From a virus (Duplodnaviria > Caudoviricetes): a stretch of 32,399 nucleotides of DNA. The stretch covers positions 1-32,399 of IMG/VR virus record IMGVR_UViG_3300025018_000086; one strand, written 5' to 3'. Shown one piece after another: positions 26,678 through 32,399 of the stretch. The translations under genes were made by a program, and so were the position numbers. The notes under the pieces are model-generated. The model was not told the origin of the DNA. It worked only from the letters and a program-made list of their open reading frames with translations, and made no database searches. How positions within the stretch are numbered: position 1 is the first letter of the stretch; each line of letters starts with the position of its first letter.

Positions 26678-26884
26678 ATGACAACTACAGCAACCGAACC
26701 AAAAACCTGCGACCACAAGCTATTTAACTGTAATTGTTGGTACGTAGTAAACACGGCCGACAATACCCTAATACACCGCGCCGTAAGCTACGACGTAGCA
26801 AACCAGTGGCGACTAGCGCAGCCAGACGCTGCAGTGCTTAAAATGACACCATGGGCCCACAGCCGCGAGCTGATCGCCCGCTAA
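26678..26884 (+). CDS. Hypothetical small protein with Cys/His motif
   Basis: SD AAAGG; CDH....CNC. Confidence 0.7.
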   Translation: MTTTATEPKTCDHKLFNCNCWYVVNTADNTLIHRAVSYDVANQWRLAQPDAAVLKMTPWAHSRELIAR

Positions 26885-27009
26885 TATGCGGGTCCTGGGC
26901 ACGACCCTATAAACTGCCTTGCCACGTGATATGCAGCCCAAGCGGCCCACTGGACCGCCAGGAGTGCACAGCACTACGAACCAAATAAATAAGAGAGGGT
27001 AAAAGCGCC

Positions 27010-27237
27010 ATGGTACAAACTACCAAAACACAAAAACACCAATTTAAAACAATGTTTAGCGAGCTATTTGCTAACTACGATAAAGGCACGAGCCAGTACG
27101 GCCGTAAATTTGTGGTAGCTGTATGCTGGGTAGGATATTACACTGCCGCCTTTTTGGCAGTGCTGCTATTCGTCCCTGGGCTACTATATAAAGCCGCTAA
27201 AACAGCGTACCGAGTAACTAAGGAGGGGAGGGCTTAG
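27010..27237 (+). CDS. Small membrane protein
   Basis: SD GAGGG; hydrophobic FVVAVCWVGYYTAAFLAVLLFVPGLL. Confidence 0.7.
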   Translation: MVQTTKTQKHQFKTMFSELFANYDKGTSQYGRKFVVAVCWVGYYTAAFLAVLLFVPGLLYKAAKTAYRVTKEGRA

Positions 27238-27243
27238 GCCACG

Positions 27244-27840
27244 ATGAAACAGTGCTTATTTTGCTACGAAAAATTAAACGATCGCCAGGCAGCTATACGC
27301 CACCTGGAGGTAGCACACCAATTAGTAAAGGCTGCAGTGCCGCAGGACGGCAACCCAGGCGACTTTTACCAGCCAGAGGGCTGTAGTAACTGGCAACCTG
27401 GCGACAAGCGCTGCAGGTGCTGCAAGGGCTCGCTACGCATGAACTGGCACAGCCTGAGCCCCGCACTCGTGGACCTATTAGCAATAGCTGGGCGACGAGT
27501 TAAGGAGCAGGGCGGCCTAAATGAGATACACAAGCGGGACCTCGAGCTAAACACTAGCCAATACGGCAATTTTCAAAAGCTGCGCTATTTTGGCCTGATT
27601 ACCCACGTAGACGACGAGGGCACCGCCTGGCTTATTACTAGGCAGGGCTGGAGCTTTTTACGGGGCGACTGGCAGGCAGCTAGCCGCGTGCAGACGTACC
27701 AAAACCGCATAATGCAGCGGGACCCTAAACGGGTAACGGTCCACGACGTAATGCGCAAACGCGACCAGGTAGAATACTGGCCAAGCGCCCGCGACTTTGA
27801 TTTTGAGCTCGCTAGTCCGCAGCTGGGGCTTGCCCTATGA
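27244..27840 (+). CDS. C2H2 zinc finger + winged-helix DNA-binding protein
   Basis: CLFC-x12-H-x4-H; NFQKLRYFGLI...WLITRQGWSFL winged-helix pattern. Confidence 0.6.
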   Translation: MKQCLFCYEKLNDRQAAIRHLEVAHQLVKAAVPQDGNPGDFYQPEGCSNWQPGDKRCRCCKGSLRMNWHSLSPALVDLLAIAGRRVKEQGGLNEIHKRDLELNTSQYGNFQKLRYFGLITHVDDEGTAWLITRQGWSFLRGDWQAASRVQTYQNRIMQRDPKRVTVHDVMRKRDQVEYWPSARDFDFELASPQLGLAL

Positions 27841-28241
27841 TCGCAACAGATAAAAGCCTGCTAATGGAGCAGCTGCGCATTGTAGGTAGTATAGGCAAGG
27901 TCCAGCCAGCGCAGGAGTTTAGGGCGGCACCGTGGCACCTAGCGCAAGCTATGGGCGACGACCTCGTAAACTTTACTTTTGGTACCTGCGACGGGCTTAT
28001 GCGCGTCCTGGACGGTACGCTGGGCCTGATTGCAATAAATAACGAGGTAAAAGGTAACGGCCAATTTAAACAATTTATGCAGTTTTTCGAGGAGCTTGCG
28101 GCGGCAATGTATTTAGATACTAGCGTGCTCGAGATCGAGAATAGACGCCTATATAAGCACCTTGTGGAAAAGTGGGGCTATATCGACTATAAAGCACCTG
28201 GCAGCACTGGGCTAAACCTGATTAAAAGGGCTGCTAAATGA
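27837..28241 (+). CDS. Putative GNAT-fold acetyltransferase
   Basis: LIAINNEVKGNGQFKQFM (motif A-like) and N..LYKHLVEKWGY (motif B-like). Confidence 0.5.
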   Translation: MIATDKSLLMEQLRIVGSIGKVQPAQEFRAAPWHLAQAMGDDLVNFTFGTCDGLMRVLDGTLGLIAINNEVKGNGQFKQFMQFFEELAAAMYLDTSVLEIENRRLYKHLVEKWGYIDYKAPGSTGLNLIKRAAK

Positions 28242-28432
28242 ACGCGCTAGGGTGGGCTGCGCAGCGCCTGATACCAGAGCTGGAATACTACGGCATAAAG
28301 GTATATATGACCGAGTGGCGTATTACCTGGGGCCACGTAACAATAAAACTAATGCCGCACACGCCACGCATTATTTGCTGGCTAGTGCTTAAACGCCTTA
28401 TTTTTAGGGCAAAATGGACGGGAGTAAAATAA
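28238..28432 (+). CDS. Hypothetical protein
   Basis: ATGA overlap. Confidence 0.55.
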   Translation: MNALGWAAQRLIPELEYYGIKVYMTEWRITWGHVTIKLMPHTPRIICWLVLKRLIFRAKWTGVK

Positions 28433-28436
28433 AGCT

Positions 28437-28667
28437 ATGGAGTTTTTACTGGGGGTAATTGTAGGCGCTGCGGCAATGTTCTGGCTATTTTTTTGGCTGG
28501 GCACCTCGCCACGCTTTAAACACTACGACGCTGGAGGGCCTAACGATCGTAACTACTACCACCCGCACCCGCCCTGCACTGACGGCCATAAATGGTGCGA
28601 GGACCACGCCAAGCTGCAGCAATTCCACTGTACTGCCTGCGGCTACGTAATGCAGCCAGGGGAGTAA
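28437..28667 (+). CDS. Membrane-anchored zinc-ribbon microprotein
   Basis: N-terminal TM; C...H.W...CTACG. Confidence 0.65.
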   Translation: MEFLLGVIVGAAAMFWLFFWLGTSPRFKHYDAGGPNDRNYYHPHPPCTDGHKWCEDHAKLQQFHCTACGYVMQPGE

Positions 28668-28672
28668 CTGCA

Positions 28673-28888
28673 GTGGGCGGCACCTGGGAAACAGCCTGCA
28701 GGGGTAAGGATAAGCACCGCACTAAAGCCGACGCGGACCACCAGGCCGTAAAGCGCCATGGTAAAACTAAAACAGGCAAGCGCCTAAATAGTTACCGCTG
28801 CGACTTTTGCAAGTGGTGGCACGTAGGAAATAGTAGCCACGCACGCCGTACCCCATATAAACGCCACAGGCTGCGTATTAAATGCTAA
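28673..28888 (+). CDS. Small basic zinc-finger protein
   Basis: SD GGGGAG before GTG 28673; CRGK..H...YRCDFCKWWHVG. Confidence 0.65.
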   Translation: MGGTWETACRGKDKHRTKADADHQAVKRHGKTKTGKRLNSYRCDFCKWWHVGNSSHARRTPYKRHRLRIKC

Positions 28889-28897
28889 AATGAGCTT

Positions 28898-29431
28898 ATG
28901 GCTAACTCTAAAAAAGATAAGGGCAAAAAAGAGGCTAAAACGGCCGTAGTTACTAGCGCCCTGATACCCGTAAAGAAAAAAGCCAGCACTGGCGACGATC
29001 GCGGCCGACCTAGCGCGATAACAGAGGAGGTGCTGGCTGTTTTACGTGAGGCATTTTTGCTAGGCTGCGACGATACCGAGGCCTGCGCCCTGGCTGGCAT
29101 TAGTCCCGCTACATTGTATAACCACCAAAAAGCTAACCCTGATTTTTTAGAGTGGAAAACCGCCCTAAAGCAAAACCCGTTTTTATTGGCCCGCAAAACG
29201 ATCGTAGAGAACCTGCGGCGCGACCCTGAATTTGCACTAAAATACATGGAGCGTAAAAAGTTTAAAGAATTCGGACCTAAGGCGCACCTGTACGTGGACC
29301 CTATAGACAAGGACGCGCTGGACGACGAGGAAAAGGACGTAATTAGTGCGGCTATGGCTGAGCACTTTAAGCACGGGGTAAAACGCGCCAAAAGCCCGCA
29401 GCAGGCTACGGTGGTGGACGTGGAGGCCTAG
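28898..29431 (+). CDS. Terminase small subunit
   Basis: GRPS...EACALAGISPATLYN HTH and ALKYMERK motifs; precedes TerL; leaderless (TGCTAAAAT 6 nt upstream). Confidence 0.85.
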   Translation: MANSKKDKGKKEAKTAVVTSALIPVKKKASTGDDRGRPSAITEEVLAVLREAFLLGCDDTEACALAGISPATLYNHQKANPDFLEWKTALKQNPFLLARKTIVENLRRDPEFALKYMERKKFKEFGPKAHLYVDPIDKDALDDEEKDVISAAMAEHFKHGVKRAKSPQQATVVDVEA

Positions 29432-29434
29432 CCC

Positions 29435-31000
29435 GTGGCGGTCCCTAAGATATTCCAGGACATTGTAGACACCTACGGCGAGCAGCAGGCTAAAACCTAC
29501 CTACGCCGTTATTTTGCTAAGCCAGAGAACGTGCCCGCTTTTGCTATGCTATTCCACGAGCACGTCCCTACCTACCCGCCAGACTTCCACCTCGAAATAC
29601 TGGAGCTGTACACGACGACCCGCGGACACGTAGGCGGCGCAGCACCTCGTGGCTTTGCTAAGAGCACTACCACCTCTGTAGTTTACCTAGCCTGGCGCAC
29701 CCTGAACGCTACCAGCCGCTTTAGCCTGCTTATTGGCGATACCTGGAGCCAGGCGGTCCTGCACCTCGCCAGCCTAAAGGACGAGCTCGAGGAAAATACC
29801 GTAATTAAATGGCTTTACGGCGACGTTATGGGGTCCCAGTGGTCCGAGGACGAAATTATAGTAATGGGGACCGACGACAAGGGCCGCGTAAAAGAGTGCA
29901 AAATTATGGCCCTGGGCGCTGGCCAAAAGGTACGTGGCTTAAAGTTTAAAAACTTCCGCGTGCAGCTTATGATATGCGACGACCTGGAGAATGACGAGGC
30001 CGTGCAGAGCAAGGAGCGCCGCGAAAAGCTGCGCCGCTGGCTAGTACGTGCCGCCCTGCCTGCGATCGACCGACAAATAGGCCGCTGTATTCTTATCGGT
30101 ACCATGCTGCACAAGCGTAGCCTGCTTAGCGCGATCGTATCAAAAGAAAAGGAATTTAGTAGCTGGACTACGTTTTTATATAGCGGTATTAAAGAGGACG
30201 GCCAGAGCCTATGGCCTGAGCTTTACCCAGTGGAGGAAATACTAGCCTGGAGGGACGACCCTAATAACCCTAACTATATTGGCGCTGTGGCATTTGCCCA
30301 GGAAATACAAAACAAACCACTAGCCGAGGGCCAGCAGATCATACAGACCGAATGGCTGGAAAAGGACTACAACCTGGGGGCGCACCTTATGGCCTGGCAG
30401 CAGCGTACACAGCTCGCGGACCACCTCGTGCTCGATAACTGGCTAAGCCACCACTTTAGCGTTATTAGCGGCAGTGTAGACCCTGCTATTAGTGAAAAGC
30501 AGACGGCCGACTGGTGGACTATGGCGACAGTGGGCGTAACGAAACAGTGCCCCATTTGCCCAGGCGGTCCTGCAGGCCACGTGGTCCAGCTCGATATGCT
30601 GCGAATGAGAGAGGCCGACCCTATGAAACAGGTTAGCGAAATTATCGAAAATTACCTGGAATGGCAGCACGGCAAGCTGCGTATAGAGGCGATCGCCTAC
30701 CAGAGCGGCCTACTGCGCCTAGTGAAAAACACAGCCGCCACCCAGGGCCTCTACCCACCTATAAAACCGTACCGCCCAGCCCAGAGCAAAAGGGCCCGCG
30801 CTATCGTGCACGCTGCGCTATTTAGTGGTGGTATGGTCCACCTGCGAAAAGACCACCCACTGTACCAGGCTTTTTACGACGAGCTCGTGGAATTCCCGCA
30901 AGGCGATCACGACGATATGTTCGATAGCTACATGAGCGCAGCCGACGCAGCAATGCGCCGCCGCCCTCGTGGCTATACCCAAAAACCTGCAGGAATGTAG
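29435..31000 (+). CDS. Terminase large subunit
   Basis: Walker A APRGFAKST, Walker B MICDDLE, IGT coupling motif, nuclease SVDPA and FPQGDHDDMFD. Confidence 0.95.
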   Translation: MAVPKIFQDIVDTYGEQQAKTYLRRYFAKPENVPAFAMLFHEHVPTYPPDFHLEILELYTTTRGHVGGAAPRGFAKSTTTSVVYLAWRTLNATSRFSLLIGDTWSQAVLHLASLKDELEENTVIKWLYGDVMGSQWSEDEIIVMGTDDKGRVKECKIMALGAGQKVRGLKFKNFRVQLMICDDLENDEAVQSKERREKLRRWLVRAALPAIDRQIGRCILIGTMLHKRSLLSAIVSKEKEFSSWTTFLYSGIKEDGQSLWPELYPVEEILAWRDDPNNPNYIGAVAFAQEIQNKPLAEGQQIIQTEWLEKDYNLGAHLMAWQQRTQLADHLVLDNWLSHHFSVISGSVDPAISEKQTADWWTMATVGVTKQCPICPGGPAGHVVQLDMLRMREADPMKQVSEIIENYLEWQHGKLRIEAIAYQSGLLRLVKNTAATQGLYPPIKPYRPAQSKRARAIVHAALFSGGMVHLRKDHPLYQAFYDELVEFPQGDHDDMFDSYMSAADAAMRRRPRGYTQKPAGM

Positions 31001-31016
31001 TAGCATAATTTTATAA

Positions 31017-31038
31017 GCATTAGTGCTACAATTATGGT
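31017..31038 (+). promoter_or_regulatory. Leaderless promoter/operator of the portal gene
   Basis: GCATTAGTGC-TACAAT-TATGGT-ATG. Confidence 0.75.
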
Positions 31039-32399
31039 ATGGACGATAAGGCTATAGTATTCCCTTACAAAAACGCACAGGCCCGAATAAACGCCTACAG
31101 CAAATACGACAAATTATTTGACGGTAAGCACTTCGAGGCCTTTAGTATTGAGATAAATAGCCTGCAATACACACAAAACTACGCCAAATTAAAATACGTA
31201 GCGGTAAACTTTGCGGGCCTAATTAGTAAAGTTAGCGCTGATATGCTGGCTGGCGAGCCTATTAAACTTAGCGGCAGCACTAAGGAAATGAGCGACTGGC
31301 TAAACGCCCTGGCCTTTGAGAACGGGCTACACACGCAGCTATACGAGAGTGCCCTAAAAAACAGTGCCCGAGGCGACGCTATTTTTAAGGTCCGCAGCGG
31401 TCCGAAAAACCCAGGCGACACCGTAAGCACCGTATTTATAGAGGACATTACCCCAGCTATTTACTTCCCTATGATAAACAGCGGGAACTGGCGAGCCGAG
31501 CCGAAATATAAAGAGCTCGCTTTTTTGGTAACGATAAATAAAGACGAGTATATCCGTATCGAACGGCACTACCCTGGCAAGATTGAAAATGAGCTGTGGG
31601 AATACCGCGACAAAAGCCTCTACCGCAAGGCACCACTTAGCCTATACAACCCAGAGCTTAAAGACGTAGAGGAAACGGGCATAGACCGCAGCCTAATTAT
31701 CCACGTGCCTAACTGGCGTGCTGGCGATTACTTCGGTGTATCTGACTACCACGACATCGAGGCCCTAATGTACGCGGTAAATAACCGCATGACTAAAAAC
31801 GAAAATATCCTGGACAAGCACAGCGACCCTATACTCGCGCTACCTGAGGGCGTGCTCGACGAGCAGGGCAATATACGCAAGGACAAGCTGCAGCTGTTTA
31901 CTATTCCTGATAACGAAATGGGCAGCAAGCCTGCTAAACCTGAGTACATTACCTGGGACGCTAGCCTAGATAACAGCTTTAAGCAGATCGACAAGCTAAT
32001 AGAATTCCTATACATGACCAGCGAAACCAGCCCCGCCGTATTCGGTATGGACAAACAGGGCGCTGCTGAGAGTGGCCGCGCACTTAAATTACGACTTATG
32101 CGCACGATCGCTAAAATTAACCGTAAAAAACTCTACTACGACCAGGGCCTAAAAGAGGCACTATACACTGCGCAGCTGCTGGCTAAAGCCCACGGCTACC
32201 AGGTTATGGGTAAAAAGCTACCTAGCGAGCCTGAGGTCCCTAATATCACATGGGCAGACGGCTTACCTATTGACGACGCAGAGCAGATCGAGAACGTAGG
32301 CAAGCGCCTAGACCAGGGCACCGAGAGTAAAACCGACGCTATTATGCGACTGGACAACCTGGACCGCGAGGACGCAGCCGAAAAAGCCAAGCGAATTAC
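31039..32399 (+). CDS. Portal protein (SPP1-like), 476 aa when joined across the junction
   Basis: MDDKAIVFPY...VNFAGLISKVSADMLAGEP...HVPNW...GVSDY...AESGRALKLRL; missing from the ORF track because it has no stop within the window end. Confidence 0.92.
   Translation, partial: MDDKAIVFPYKNAQARINAYSKYDKLFDGKHFEAFSIEINSLQYTQNYAKLKYVAVNFAGLISKVSADMLAGEPIKLSGSTKEMSDWLNALAFENGLHTQLYESALKNSARGDAIFKVRSGPKNPGDTVSTVFIEDITPAIYFPMINSGNWRAEPKYKELAFLVTINKDEYIRIERHYPGKIENELWEYRDKSLYRKAPLSLYNPELKDVEETGIDRSLIIHVPNWRAGDYFGVSDYHDIEALMYAVNNRMTKNENILDKHSDPILALPEGVLDEQGNIRKDKLQLFTIPDNEMGSKPAKPEYITWDASLDNSFKQIDKLIEFLYMTSETSPAVFGMDKQGAAESGRALKLRLMRTIAKINRKKLYYDQGLKEALYTAQLLAKAHGYQVMGKKLPSEPEVPNITWADGLPIDDAEQIENVGKRLDQGTESKTDAIMRLDNLDREDAAEKAKRI
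32273..32399. repeat. Terminal direct repeat (right copy)
   Basis: Identical to nt 1-127. Confidence 0.95.

Overview
This window is a complete, circularly assembled siphovirus-like phage genome of about 32,272 bp; the first and last 127 nt are identical and the portal gene runs across the junction. It uses the standard genetic code and nearly all genes are on the + strand. Gene order: TerS, TerL, portal, minor head (MuF-like) protein fused to a zinc metallopeptidase, scaffold, major capsid, head-tail joining genes, major tail, frameshifted tail chaperones, tape measure, Dit/Tal and tail-tip genes, lysis cassette (amidase endolysin, holin), HNH-like gene. Next come an accessory/origin region (small membrane peptide, candidate sRNA, a reverse-strand resuscitation-promoting factor, a DnaA-box cluster, an iteron-containing ORF) and an early region (SSAP-like recombinase, KGG protein, orphan KwaB/DUF4868, VRR-NUC, degenerate AdoMetDC-like protein, GNAT). 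I recognised no integrase, repressor, DNA polymerase, helicase or primase. The host is inferred, not shown: Saccharibacteria/Patescibacteria or an actinobacterium. Most striking signals: (1) 11 perfect DnaA boxes plus 6 consensus variants spread through the genome, many inside coding sequence, with orientation flipping around a putative origin at about 19.8-20.3 kb; (2) a 16-bp quasi-palindromic operator overlapping most predicted promoters, many of them leaderless; (3) strong genome-wide TC (TCA/TCT) avoidance, with surviving TCs mostly in GGTCC/GATCG/TCG contexts; (4) a stand-alone Rpf probably started at ATT; (5) a MuF-metallopeptidase with a coupled acidic peptide. All motif counts are manual and family assignments come from motif recognition, not database searches.
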